The notes under the pieces: generated by a model
Database searches by the model: none
The model's input: the letters and a program-made list of their open reading frames with translations, nothing else
What the model was told of the DNA's origin: nothing
Assembly (NCBI GenBank): GCA_947630395.1
Contig: CANRHK010000001.1
Location: 2,708-66,707, forward strand
DNA from: an uncultured Oscillospiraceae bacterium
GTDB lineage: Bacteria; Bacillota; Clostridia; Oscillospirales; Oscillospiraceae
Direction: 5' to 3'
Length of the DNA stretch: 64,000 bases
Shown here: one piece after another, positions 8,210-18,007 of the stretch
Position numbering within the stretch: position 1 is the first letter of the stretch
How the letters are laid out: each line of letters starts with the position of its first letter
Translations under genes and position numbers: made by a program

Positions 8210-9741
8210 GAAAGGGAGTCCTCCGCCGCTTTCGCCTGGGGCAGCTCCTCCATGGAAGAAGAAACGATCTGATTGCTCCGGATGTCGATGATCGGGCCTC
8301 CGGTGCCCTCGATATACTCTCGGGTGATCGTCACCCTGCCGATGTTGTCATCCTTGGGGATCTCATACATGATATCCAGCATGAACTCCTCGATGATGGA
8401 GCGAAGCGCGCGGGCGCCGGTGTCTCTCTCCAGCGCCTTGTCCGCGATAGCCTCCAGCGCGTCCTCCGTAAACTCCAGCTTCACTTCATCCAGCTCCAAC
8501 AGCTTCTGGTACTGCTTCAGGATCGCGTTTTTCGGCTCCTTTAAGACCTTTACCAGCATCTCCTTGTTGAGGCCCTCCAGCGTGAAGATAATGGGCAGAC
8601 GGCCGATAAACTCCGGTATCATGCCAAATTTCCGGATATCCTCCACCGTCACCTTGGAGAGGATATTCTTGTCCTTGTCATATTTGTCCTTCAGCTCTGA
8701 GTTAAATCCGATGGAGGCGGTCTTGGTCAGCCGTTCCCGTATGATATCCTCCAGATCCGGAAACGCACCCCCGCAGATAAAGAGAATATTCCGCGTGTTG
8801 ACCGTCGCCAGAGGCACCATAGCGTTTTTGCTGTTTGCGCCCACCGGCACCTCCACCTCCGCGCCCTCAAGGAGCTTCAGCATCCCCTGCTGTACGCTCT
8901 CGCCGCTGACATCCCGGGTGTTGGTGTTTTTCTTTTTGGCGATCTTGTCGATCTCGTCGATAAAGACGATGCCGCGCTCCGCCTTCTCCACATCGTTGTC
9001 CGCTGCCGCCAAAAGCTTCGACACCACGCTCTCAATGTCGTCGCCAATGTAGCCGGCCTCCGTCAGGGAAGTGGCGTCGGCGATGGCAAGAGGCACATCC
9101 AGAAGCCTTGCCAGGGTCTTTACCAGGTAGGTCTTGCCGCTTCCGGTGGGCCCGATCATCAGCATGTTGGATTTCTCGATCTCGATCTCGTCCATGGTGT
9201 TGGTCGCCACGCGCTTGTAGTGATTGTATACGGCCACGGAGATCACCTTCTTGGCGTGCTCCTGCCCTACCACATACTCGTCCAGGCTGGCCTTGATCCT
9301 GTGGGGGGCCGGAATATTGCGGATATCCAGCACCGGCTCCGAGCCCTCCTTCTTTTTCTTTCTCTTCAGCTTCTGTTTGTTGGGGATTCCCCCGTCTCCC
9401 TGCAGATCCGCCAGATTCACAAAGCTGATGCTGGGGAAACCGTTCTGCTTGGAAAACTGCTCCACATCGTTCTGAAAATTGGGATTGTTCAACATTCCCT
9501 GATAGTCGAACTGGCTGACAGTCTCCATGGTCTTGTGCATACAGTCGTTGCAGACGCAGATATGGTTGGGGAGCCGGAACATTTTGCCCGCCTTGCTCTC
9601 CGGCCTGCGGCAGATGAAGCAGACGTCCTCGTACTCGCTGTGCTCCTCCGTCCCCGAAGCGTCCGGCTTCTGTCCCTTCTCTTCCTTCTGTTCCTTTTCC
9701 TCTTTCTCTTTATCGTCCACTACTTCCCTGAAATCATTCAT
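8197..9741 (-). CDS. clpX: ATP-dependent Clp protease ATP-binding subunit ClpX, long form
   Basis: Zinc ribbon CFICRR...CVCNDC, Walker A GPTGSGKT, Walker B VFIDEIDK and an IGF-like loop MIPEFIGRLP. At 514 aa it has an acidic N-terminal extension and a long basic linker. Confidence 0.92.
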   Translation of the reverse strand: MNDFREVVDDKEKEEKEQKEEKGQKPDASGTEEHSEYEDVCFICRRPESKAGKMFRLPNHICVCNDCMHKTMETVSQFDYQGMLNNPNFQNDVEQFSKQNGFPSISFVNLADLQGDGGIPNKQKLKRKKKKEGSEPVLDIRNIPAPHRIKASLDEYVVGQEHAKKVISVAVYNHYKRVATNTMDEIEIEKSNMLMIGPTGSGKTYLVKTLARLLDVPLAIADATSLTEAGYIGDDIESVVSKLLAAADNDVEKAERGIVFIDEIDKIAKKKNTNTRDVSGESVQQGMLKLLEGAEVEVPVGANSKNAMVPLATVNTRNILFICGGAFPDLEDIIRERLTKTASIGFNSELKDKYDKDKNILSKVTVEDIRKFGMIPEFIGRLPIIFTLEGLNKEMLVKVLKEPKNAILKQYQKLLELDEVKLEFTEDALEAIADKALERDTGARALRSIIEEFMLDIMYEIPKDDNIGRVTITREYIEGTGGPIIDIRSNQIVSSSMEELPQAKAAEDSLSYAP

Positions 9742-9846
9742 CTTGGTTTTCTCCCGCTTTTTATTCTAAGCCTGCCTTTATTATACCGGACTCTCCCCAT
9801 TATCACAAGTGAAGTTTTTATAAACAGCACAAACGCGCCCTATCAC

Positions 9847-9886
9847 AAAAGGCGGCCGGCGCCAAAACGCCGTACCGCCTTTTTTT
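9847..9886 (-). terminator. Intrinsic terminator downstream of htrA (bidirectional shape)
   Basis: aaaa-GGCGGcCGGCG-ccaaaa-CGCCGtaCCGCC-ttttttt is a GC-rich hairpin at 9851-9879. It is flanked by an A-run and a T-run. Confidence 0.6.
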
Positions 9887-9892
9887 ATTCGT

Positions 9893-11203
9893 TTAATTGT
9901 CACTGGGCCGTTCCCCCAGCGTGATCTCGACCTCGTGGCTCACATAGGCGCCATTCTCCGGCCGCATCACAGACAGGGTGACGGTGTCTCCCACCGCGTA
10001 GTACTGCAGCGTTTCCTGGAGATCGCTGTAGGAGGTGATCCGCTCCCCGTCGAAGCGGGTGATGATATCGCCCACCTGAAGATCCACCGACTGCGCCGCG
10101 CCGCCGTCCAGGATCGCCGCAATGTAGATCCCCTGGGGCATATTGAACATCTGTGCCAGCTGGCCGGTGACCTCCTGAGGCTGGATCCCGATATAGCCCA
10201 TCTCCTCCTCATCGACCTTGCTTCTGGTCTGGCGCTCCATCAGATCGGCGATAATCGGGCTTGCGGAGGTGATGGGGATCGCGTAGCCCATTCCCTCCAC
10301 CAGGCTTCCTCCGAGCTTGCAGGAATTGATTCCGATCACCTCGCCGTAGATATTTAACAGCGCGCCGCCGGAGTTGCCCTCGTTGATGGCCGCATTGGTC
10401 TGGATAAAGGTGCCCTCACTGCCGTCCTCCGTAGTGATCTGACGGTCCAGCGCGCTGATGATGCCGTTGGTCACGGACTGTCCATAGCCCAGGGCGTTAC
10501 CGATGGCGATCACCGGCTCGCCCAGCTGCAGGTTCTCGCTGTCGCCCAGGGTGGCCACGCTGATCGACTCCTGCGTCTCCTTGTCAATGTCGGAGAGCTT
10601 CACGGCGATCACCGCCAGATCCATCTCCGAGTCCTTGCCCTTGATCACAGCCTCCGCCGTACTGCCGTTGATAAAGCTCACGGTCAGCTGTTCGGCGTCC
10701 TCCACCACGTGGTTGTTGGTCACGATCAAAAGCTCCTCGTCATTCTTTGCCACAATGATACCGGTTCCGTCGCTCTCATGCGGCTCCGTGTAGGTCTGCC
10801 CCCAGAAGCCATTGTACTGCTCCGTGTAGTTGTTGACAATGGACACCATGGCGGGCATCACTTCCTTCACCACCTCGGTGATATTGGACTCCACCACGTT
10901 GACGGTGCCCGAGTTGGAGAGCTTCATAGCCTTTAGGGCCTCCTGAACCGCCTCCTCCACGTCTCGGTCCGCGACCGCGTTCTCCACGGAGGCGTCCGTC
11001 TCGCGCTGCAACATTCCGGTTCCTTGCTGCACCGCGTAAAATCCAAGCCCCGCAAAAATACCGAAAAACAGTCCCAGGCTGACACTGAGAAGCGCCTTGC
11101 GGAAAAATCCGCCTTTGTGCCCCTTCTCCTCCCTGGGCGGCCTGCCGCTCAAATCCCCCCCATCCGTGTTGGTTTGATAGGTTTCGTAATGATTCTCGTA
11201 CAT
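9893..11203 (-). CDS. htrA: HtrA/DegP-family S1C serine protease with PDZ domain
   Basis: N-terminal TM anchor, catalytic His context IVTNNHVV, Ser context GNSGGALL and a C-terminal PDZ-like segment (GIYIAAILDGGAAQSVDLQVGDIITRFDG). The start was re-picked at ATG 11203 with AAGGAGAGGG upstream. Confidence 0.9.
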   Translation of the reverse strand: MYENHYETYQTNTDGGDLSGRPPREEKGHKGGFFRKALLSVSLGLFFGIFAGLGFYAVQQGTGMLQRETDASVENAVADRDVEEAVQEALKAMKLSNSGTVNVVESNITEVVKEVMPAMVSIVNNYTEQYNGFWGQTYTEPHESDGTGIIVAKNDEELLIVTNNHVVEDAEQLTVSFINGSTAEAVIKGKDSEMDLAVIAVKLSDIDKETQESISVATLGDSENLQLGEPVIAIGNALGYGQSVTNGIISALDRQITTEDGSEGTFIQTNAAINEGNSGGALLNIYGEVIGINSCKLGGSLVEGMGYAIPITSASPIIADLMERQTRSKVDEEEMGYIGIQPQEVTGQLAQMFNMPQGIYIAAILDGGAAQSVDLQVGDIITRFDGERITSYSDLQETLQYYAVGDTVTLSVMRPENGAYVSHEVEITLGERPSDN

Positions 11204-11333
11204 AATGATTCCCTCTCCTTTCGGGAAGTGTATGCCGCTTCCGCTTTGCATGTTCCATCTTTATGTACCCCAGTATATCCCCGCTTTGTGTCAAAATTGT
11301 GAAGAAAATATAATAGAAATGTGAAGTTTCGTC

Positions 11334-13160
11334 CTATTCCACCGTCACGGATTTCGCCAGATTTCGGGGCTTATCTACATCGCAGCCCCTTCCCACCGCC
11401 ACGTAGTAGGCGAACAGCTGCAGCGGTATAATGGCCAGAGAATTGGTGAAATAGGGATTGGTCTCCGGTATATATATCACGTAGTCGGACGCCTTCTCGA
11501 TGGCCCGGTTTCCCTCGTTAGTCACCGCCATAACAAACGCGCCCCTCGCCTTGACCTCCACCATATTGCTGATCGTCTTCTGGAAAAGCTCCGGCTGGGT
11601 GGACAGCGCCACCACCAGCGTGCCGTCCTCGATCAGGGAGATCGTCCCATGCTTCAGCTCTCCCGCCGCGTACGCCTCCGAGTGGATGTAGGAGATCTCC
11701 TTCAGCTTCAGCGAGCCCTCCAGCGAAATGGCGTAATCCACGCCCCTGCCGATAAAGAAGATATCCCTGGCGCCCACATAACGGTTGGCAAAATGCTGCA
11801 CCTTCTCCTTCTGCCCCAAAAGAAGCTCGATCTGATCCGGCAGGCACTCTAAGTCATCCAGCAGGCTTTGAAACTGTTGATCGTCCAGCTTTCCCCGCAC
11901 TCTGGCAAATTTCATAGCAAGCATATACAGTGTCACCAGCTGGGCGCTGTACGCCTTGGTGGTGGCCACGGCGATCTCCGGCCCCGCCCAGGTGTACATG
12001 CAGGAATCCGCCTCCCTGGCGATGGAGCTTCCCACCACATTGACGATCCCCAGCACCCGCACTCCCCGGGCCTTGGATTCCCGCAGAGCGGAGAGGGTGT
12101 CCGCCGTCTCGCCCGACTGGCTGATGACGATGACCATGCTGCCCTCCTCCAGGATGGGGTCCCGATAGCGGAACTCGCTCGCCACATCCACCTCCACCGG
12201 AATCCTGGCAAGCCCCTCGATCACATACTTGGCGGTCACGCCGGTGTGGTAGGCGGAGCCGCAGGCGACAATGTGGATCTTGCGGATCCCGCGGATCTCC
12301 TCGTCGGTCATATTGAGCTCCTCGATCACGATATCGCCGTTTTGGACCCGGGGGGAGATGGTGTCCGCAACGGTCTTGGGCTGCTCATACATCTCCTTCA
12401 GCATAAAGTGCTCGTAGCCGGCCTTCTCCGCGGCGTCCGCATCCCAGTCGATGGTGACGGCCTCCTTGGTGATCTCCTCCTCGTCCACCGTGTAAAACTG
12501 CAGCCCGTCCGGATGCAGCTTCACCACCTCCTGATTGTCCATATAGTACACGGTCCTGGTGTACTTTAGCACGGCGGGGACGTCGGACGCAATAAAGCAG
12601 CCGTCCTCGCTCTTCCCCACGATCAGGGGACTGTCCTTGCGGGCCGCGTAGAGCTCTTCGGGGAAGTCGGAAAACAAAATCCCCAGGGCGTAGGAGCCCT
12701 CCACCCGATGCAGCACCTTGGTGATCGCTTCCAGCGGGTTCCCCCTATAGTAATAGTCCAGCAGATGGGCCAGAACCTCCGTGTCCGTCTCGGACACAAA
12801 CTGATATCCTTTGTCCGTCAGCTTCTTTTTCAGGGAGATGTAATTTTCGATAATGCCGTTGTGCACCACGGCGATGGTGCCGCCGTTGTTTGTGTGGGGA
12901 TGGGCGTTTCGGTCGCTGGGAGCTCCGTGGGTCGCCCAGCGGGTGTGCCCGATTCCGGAAAATCCTTTCATCGTCTCCCCGCCGTGGGTCAGGTTTTCCA
13001 GAACCTTCAGCCTTCCCGTGGCTTTCTTCGTGAGGATCTTCTCCCCGTCAAATACGGCAATGCCCGCGGAGTCGTAGCCGCGGTACTCCAGCTTGGACAG
13101 TCCGTCCAAGATCACAGGGGCCGCCTGCTTCTCTCCGATATATCCTACGATACCACACAT
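11334..13160 (-). CDS. glmS: Glutamine--fructose-6-phosphate aminotransferase
   Basis: MCGIVGYIG N-terminal nucleophile, two SIS domains and a C-terminal KSVTVE, at 608 aa. Confidence 0.97.
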   Translation of the reverse strand: MCGIVGYIGEKQAAPVILDGLSKLEYRGYDSAGIAVFDGEKILTKKATGRLKVLENLTHGGETMKGFSGIGHTRWATHGAPSDRNAHPHTNNGGTIAVVHNGIIENYISLKKKLTDKGYQFVSETDTEVLAHLLDYYYRGNPLEAITKVLHRVEGSYALGILFSDFPEELYAARKDSPLIVGKSEDGCFIASDVPAVLKYTRTVYYMDNQEVVKLHPDGLQFYTVDEEEITKEAVTIDWDADAAEKAGYEHFMLKEMYEQPKTVADTISPRVQNGDIVIEELNMTDEEIRGIRKIHIVACGSAYHTGVTAKYVIEGLARIPVEVDVASEFRYRDPILEEGSMVIVISQSGETADTLSALRESKARGVRVLGIVNVVGSSIAREADSCMYTWAGPEIAVATTKAYSAQLVTLYMLAMKFARVRGKLDDQQFQSLLDDLECLPDQIELLLGQKEKVQHFANRYVGARDIFFIGRGVDYAISLEGSLKLKEISYIHSEAYAAGELKHGTISLIEDGTLVVALSTQPELFQKTISNMVEVKARGAFVMAVTNEGNRAIEKASDYVIYIPETNPYFTNSLAIIPLQLFAYYVAVGRGCDVDKPRNLAKSVTVE

Positions 13161-13215
13161 GAGCGATACCTTCCTTTCCGTCGTTTGCTGTTTTGTGTTT
13201 CACGGTGTCCGGCCT

Positions 13216-14145
13216 TTACCGCCAGTATTCCCGATTGTTCGTAAAGCGCAGCACCAGCCCCCTGGGAAGATTGTGGTAATGCCTTCCCAGCAGATATCCG
13301 GCGTACTTGCAGACGCACTGCATATAAAAATGAGGGATCTCTTTCTGTCTCCGCTGCTCCCTCAGATATGCCGTTGCCTCCCGAACCAGCTTTCTCCCCT
13401 CCTTCTCGGAGGAGATGCCGGCAAACACCTCCGGATGGTCGACCTGGGACACCCCGAGGTCAAAATTTCTCCGAAACAGCTGGCCGTTGGTGTACGCATG
13501 GGAGTGATAGACGCACGCCTCCGCCTCATAGGCGACCCGATACCCCGACCGGATGGCGCACGCCGCGTAGATCATATCCTCGTTAAATATGGTATGCCGC
13601 ACGAAACCGCCCAATTCCTCATAGACATCCCTCCGGTACGCGGCGCACACGTTGGAGCACATATAGGTCTTGACCCCCAGCTCCTCCAGATCCTCGGCGG
13701 ACTTGATGCGCGACTCGGCAGGGTAGTTGAACTGTCTGGTAAAGCGCTCCAAAATGTCGCAGTCCTTTTTGGGAAGCTGCCTGGCATACGCCACCGCCAC
13801 CTTTTCGTCCCTCGTCAAGCGCGCCGTCAGCCGCTCCAGGAGATAGGGATCCGCGGGGACGGCGTCCTGCGTCATCATCACAAAGATCTCCGCCTGGGAT
13901 TTCTGCACGCCCCGCCGCCTGGTCTTTCCGTGGTCAAACTCCCACTTGGAGAGATGGTATACGCGCACATTCCGGTGGCGTTCCAGCTCTCTGTTTCCAT
14001 AGATCAGCTGTTCAAAATATTTTTCCTCCGTGTTCATCAGGATGATCTGATGCACGGGAACCGTCTGTCTGTCCAACAGATCCAGCAGGGAAAAAAGACC
14101 CTTGTCCGGTTTATACAGCGGAATTATCACGTCTACATCCATCAA
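13216..14145 (-). CDS. Family 2 glycosyltransferase
   Basis: VDVIIPLYKPDKGLFSLLDLLDRQT GT-A N-terminus and a DAV (DxD-like) motif. It lies 55 nt upstream of glmS on the same strand. Confidence 0.8.
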   Translation of the reverse strand: MMDVDVIIPLYKPDKGLFSLLDLLDRQTVPVHQIILMNTEEKYFEQLIYGNRELERHRNVRVYHLSKWEFDHGKTRRRGVQKSQAEIFVMMTQDAVPADPYLLERLTARLTRDEKVAVAYARQLPKKDCDILERFTRQFNYPAESRIKSAEDLEELGVKTYMCSNVCAAYRRDVYEELGGFVRHTIFNEDMIYAACAIRSGYRVAYEAEACVYHSHAYTNGQLFRRNFDLGVSQVDHPEVFAGISSEKEGRKLVREATAYLREQRRQKEIPHFYMQCVCKYAGYLLGRHYHNLPRGLVLRFTNNREYWR

Positions 14146-14190
14146 TTATTATGCCTCCCTCTGCTGCCGCTTTTTCTGCCCTTTGCGCCT

Positions 14191-14219
14191 ACTATAACAC
14201 AGAATCCTTTTTTAGACAA
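14191..14219 (-). promoter_or_regulatory. Sigma-70-type promoter for the GT2-glmS unit
   Basis: On the minus strand: TTGTCT (14219-14214), a 17-nt spacer, then TGtTATAGT (-10 at 14196-14191). The -35 box sits in an 11-nt tandem duplication, tttagacaaga x2, at 14211-14232. Confidence 0.45.
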
Positions 14220-14247
14220 GATTTAGACAAGAAGAACCAGCAAAGAA

Positions 14248-14275
14248 GAGGAGGCCCTTTCGCAAAAGCCCCCTC
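14248..14275 (-). terminator. Hairpin downstream of the LCP gene
   Basis: gaggaggcc...ggccccctc forms a stem with one mismatch, followed on the minus strand by TTCTTTG. The T-tract is weak. Confidence 0.35.
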
Positions 14276-14298
14276 GCCTGATCTCTTCTCTTCCCTCT

Positions 14299-15450
14299 TT
14301 AATTCAGCCGGTTGATATACGGCGACGTGTCCGACTCCACCTTGCCGGAGATCTCCTTCACAACGCTGGTCACCACGTAGTCCGTCTCGTCAAAGAGAAA
14401 CTCGTGCAGCCAGACCACATTGCTCTCCAGATCGACCGGTATCACGCAGCTTCCCTTCGCGCCGATGTTGCCGGTGGTGCGCATACTCTCGTCGGGGAAG
14501 CCTCCCTCCTCCACAATGCGGTAATCGGCAATATTCTCCAGAAGCGTCAGGATGTCGTCGGTCTCCAGATTGGTGTAGATGTCGTCGATGGAGTCGTTGA
14601 ACACCTTCACCAGGGTGGTATAGTCCGCCTGCTTGGCCTGATCCTCTATCGCCATAACCACTTCCCTCTGGCGGGAAGTACGCATGAAATCATCGCCTCC
14701 GCCATAGCGGATACGGCAGTAGGCGGTAGCCTGAAGGCCGTTCAGCTTCTGATATCCCGTCTGTTTCACAGGCGTGTAGTCACACTTTAACACCGACGCA
14801 ACGTCCTGCTGATAGTTGTTGATATGCTTTAACTCGGTGGCATCCACGTCGATGTACACGCCGCCCAAGCCGTCGATCACCTCGCTCAGGCCCTGGTAGC
14901 CCACCGTCACAAACTTGGTGATATCCATATCCAGGTTCATATTCAGCATTTTGACCGCCTGCTCCGCTCCTCCGTAGGAGTATGCGCCGTTGCACTTATC
15001 GTACTTGTCGTTGCCCAGATTCAGGTAGGTGTCGCGGTACACACTGACCAGACGGATGTCTCCGGTCTGCAGGTTGACGCTGGCGATCATGGTACAGTCG
15101 CTTCGGCTCCCCTTGTAAAGCTCATCGTGCTTTCGCGCATCCACGCCGAACAGCGCCACATTCATGTAAACCGGCTGGTCGTCCACAATCGCCTCTCCGG
15201 TGCCCTCGGTATCGGCGTTGCTCTGGGTGTAGGATATCCCCAGGTCCTCCGGCGACAGGTAGGTGGTCGTGGGGCCCTTGTCGTTCGCCTTGGTCATCAC
15301 CACGTAGAGAATCCCCACCATAGCGAGGATCACCACAATCTCGATGCCGAAAATAACAAATTTTCTCTTCCTCCTGGCCTCATACTCCTTTGCGGACATC
15401 CTGCGGCGCGGGGCGTTCTGATCGTTTCTCTGGTTGGACTTTGCTGCCAT
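14299..15450 (-). CDS. LytR-CpsA-Psr (LCP) family glycopolymer ligase
   Basis: N-terminal TM anchor followed by LFGVDARK...SDCTMIASVNLQTGDIRLVSVYRDTYL, the characteristic LCP core. The SD AAGGAGAA lies 8 nt upstream. Confidence 0.88.
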   Translation of the reverse strand: MAAKSNQRNDQNAPRRRMSAKEYEARRKRKFVIFGIEIVVILAMVGILYVVMTKANDKGPTTTYLSPEDLGISYTQSNADTEGTGEAIVDDQPVYMNVALFGVDARKHDELYKGSRSDCTMIASVNLQTGDIRLVSVYRDTYLNLGNDKYDKCNGAYSYGGAEQAVKMLNMNLDMDITKFVTVGYQGLSEVIDGLGGVYIDVDATELKHINNYQQDVASVLKCDYTPVKQTGYQKLNGLQATAYCRIRYGGGDDFMRTSRQREVVMAIEDQAKQADYTTLVKVFNDSIDDIYTNLETDDILTLLENIADYRIVEEGGFPDESMRTTGNIGAKGSCVIPVDLESNVVWLHEFLFDETDYVVTSVVKEISGKVESDTSPYINRLN

Positions 15451-15476
15451 AACACTTTCTCCTTACTTCATCTCTT

Positions 15477-16883
15477 TTAGTATGCGTTTTTGTTGACAAA
15501 CCCTGTGAAAAAGGTCATCAGGATTATCTTTATATCAAATCCTATGGTCCAGTTCTCGATATAGTAGACATCGTACTCAATGCGCTTCTTGATCGAGGTA
15601 TCGCCTCTCAGCCCATTGACCTGCGCCCAGCCGGTCAAACCCGGCCGGACCTGATGCTTTACCATATAGCGCGGGATCTCCTCTCGGAATTTCTCTACAA
15701 AGAGAGGTCTCTCCGGCCTGGGGCCCACAAGACTCATATCGCCCTTTAAAATATTAAACAGCTGCGGCAGCTCATCCAGGCTGGTCCGCCTTAAGAATTT
15801 CCCGACGCCCGTGACCCTCGGGTCATCCCGCACCGTCCAAGCCTTCTTCTCCTGGCCGGGGGGCTGTATCTCCATGCTGCGGAATTTATACATATAGAAC
15901 GGCTTGTTGTGGAGACCGACCCTCTCCTGCTTAAAGATCACAGGGCCGGGGCTGCTCAGCTTGACGCAGCACGCCACGACCAGCATGATGGGCGAGGTGA
16001 CCAGGATGCCGAACAGGGAGCCCGCCACGTCCATGATCCGCTTCAGCATCATATTGCCGGTGTTGGTCAGGGGCACATAGCGGATATTGATCACCGGAAG
16101 CCCCATCAGATCCTCCGTGTAGGGCCTTGTGGGGATCAGGCTGTTATAGTCCGGTATAAACTTGGTGTGGACGCCCGACTTCTCGCAGATGTGCACCAGC
16201 TCCTCCAGCATGTCGTAATCCCGAAGCGAGAGCGTTATGGCGATCTCGTCCAGCCGGTTCTCCGGCAGTATATACTCCAGATTTCCCACGCTGCCCAAGA
16301 CCTTGATCCCCTTGTAGGTGGTGCCGCTGGGGATGTGGTCGTCCAGGATGCCGCACACCACATATCCCCACTGGGGATTGTCCAAAATGCGCCGGATATA
16401 CTCCTCCGCCGCACGGGAGTAGCCAACCAGAAGGATATGCTTGAGATTGTAGCCCTTGCTGCGGATGGTCCGCAGAAATTTTCTCAGCACCACACGAAAA
16501 GCGGCGGACAGGAAAATGTTTAAAACATAAAAGATAACGATGACGGAACGGGAGACGTTGATCTCCTTGACGATCATATACAGAATAATGATCAGCGCCG
16601 CAAGCCCGATGGTGTTTGCCTGCCAGATCCGGTAGAGCTCATGTCTGCGCTTCACCGTCCGCTTCGGCGTGTACACGTTGCAGCCGTAATACAAGAACAG
16701 ATAGCCTGGGACAATGAGGATCAGAAGCATGTAATAGTACTCCACAGGCAGTACGCCGATCCCCGGGCCGTCCTCCAAAATATAAAATTTCACATAGTAA
16801 GACAGGATGAAGGCAACTCCGGTAATAAACGCATCCAATATCACCAACAGCCTGTTGAATACCTTCTGATTGTCCTTTATCAT
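15477..16883 (-). CDS. Polyprenyl glycosylphosphotransferase (WbaP/CpsE-type initiating enzyme)
   Basis: N-terminal TM block, a central Rossmann-like domain and a C-terminal bacterial sugar transferase domain (KRIMDVAGSLFGILVTSPIML...KFRSM...DELPQLFNILKGDMSLVGPRPERP). The start was re-picked at ATG 16883. Confidence 0.9.
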   Translation of the reverse strand: MIKDNQKVFNRLLVILDAFITGVAFILSYYVKFYILEDGPGIGVLPVEYYYMLLILIVPGYLFLYYGCNVYTPKRTVKRRHELYRIWQANTIGLAALIIILYMIVKEINVSRSVIVIFYVLNIFLSAAFRVVLRKFLRTIRSKGYNLKHILLVGYSRAAEEYIRRILDNPQWGYVVCGILDDHIPSGTTYKGIKVLGSVGNLEYILPENRLDEIAITLSLRDYDMLEELVHICEKSGVHTKFIPDYNSLIPTRPYTEDLMGLPVINIRYVPLTNTGNMMLKRIMDVAGSLFGILVTSPIMLVVACCVKLSSPGPVIFKQERVGLHNKPFYMYKFRSMEIQPPGQEKKAWTVRDDPRVTGVGKFLRRTSLDELPQLFNILKGDMSLVGPRPERPLFVEKFREEIPRYMVKHQVRPGLTGWAQVNGLRGDTSIKKRIEYDVYYIENWTIGFDIKIILMTFFTGFVNKNAY

Positions 16884-17026
16884 ATCTGTCACCCAATGGC
16901 CTGCCCTCAGGGCAATATCTGTCGATTCCTCACCATTTATGCCTATTTTACAATATTGTGCCAAAAAGCACAACTTAAGAATGTATGAAGCACTTTCTTA
17001 AGGAATCTTAAGATTTTGTTTGGATT

Positions 17027-18007
17027 CTATCCCCTGGTCAAAAATTTAATGGTATTTACATAAAGTGCCCATTGAATGGCAAGATAATTCTTGAAATGTC
17101 TCATGGAAAATGGAACCTTATGCCTGCGCCCCTCCTCGGACAGCGCCAGGCGAAGCCCCTTTTTGAGTCCCCGAAGATACAGAAGCCCCATGCCCTTATG
17201 CCAAAAAAACAGCGCCTTTACGGCAAAACCCACAAAGAGAAACGGCAGATTGACGATCAGCTGGAAGAGCGGCATATTTTTCCCGATCACATACACATTG
17301 TTGGCGGAGGCGAGCGTCGTCTTGAGCTCGTTGTACTGGGAGCCCGTGGAAGCGGAGCCGAAGTGGAGCACCTCCGCCGCCGGCTCATAGGCATTGCGGT
17401 AGCCGTAAATCCTCGCCCGGTAGCCGATATCCAGATCCTCCAGATAGGCAAAATGCCTTTCGTCAAAGAGGCCGATCTCGTCAAAGACCCTCCGGCGGTA
17501 GATGGCGGCGCCGCCGCAGGCGGAAAAGACCCGGGCGGGCCTGTCATAGAAGCGGGCCGGACGCCCCTTCCCCCTGGCAAAGGCCCACCCCAGCACACAG
17601 TACAGATCTCCCGCGCCGTCCACCAGCTCCGGCCTGTCCCACATCAGCATACGGGCGCTGACGGAGAAAAGCCTGGGGTCCCGCTCGATGGCATCGTACA
17701 GGGATTTCATAAATCCGGATTTCACTTTTGTGTCATTGTTCAGAAGAATCACATAGGGGGTCTGGGATCGGAGGATGCCCACGTTCACCGCGTGGCAGAA
17801 GCCGGTATTCTCCGGAAGAAGCACCGTGTCCACCTCGGGCCGCCCGCGCAAAAGCTTCGGGCTTCCGTCTATGGAGCCGTTGTCCACCACCAGCACCCGA
17901 AAGGCGGGAGTGTCCTCCCGCCCCTGCTCCCGGGCCAGGGAATCCAGGCAGTCCGCCAGGTATCTCTCCCCGTTATAATTCGGTATAACAACCGTTATTA
18001 AGTCCAT
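17027..18007 (-). CDS. Family 2 glycosyltransferase
   Basis: ITVVIPNYNGERYLADCLDSL and VVDNGSIDGS, with one C-terminal TM helix. The ATG at 18007 overlaps the upstream stop (ATGGACTTAA), suggesting translational coupling. Confidence 0.85.
   Translation of the reverse strand: MDLITVVIPNYNGERYLADCLDSLAREQGREDTPAFRVLVVDNGSIDGSPKLLRGRPEVDTVLLPENTGFCHAVNVGILRSQTPYVILLNNDTKVKSGFMKSLYDAIERDPRLFSVSARMLMWDRPELVDGAGDLYCVLGWAFARGKGRPARFYDRPARVFSACGGAAIYRRRVFDEIGLFDERHFAYLEDLDIGYRARIYGYRNAYEPAAEVLHFGSASTGSQYNELKTTLASANNVYVIGKNMPLFQLIVNLPFLFVGFAVKALFFWHKGMGLLYLRGLKKGLRLALSEEGRRHKVPFSMRHFKNYLAIQWALYVNTIKFLTRG

Noticed and set aside
13161-13215. glmS ribozyme upstream of glmS
   Set aside because: Only 55 nt are available before the upstream gene's stop, and I see no P1-P4-like structure or conserved core.
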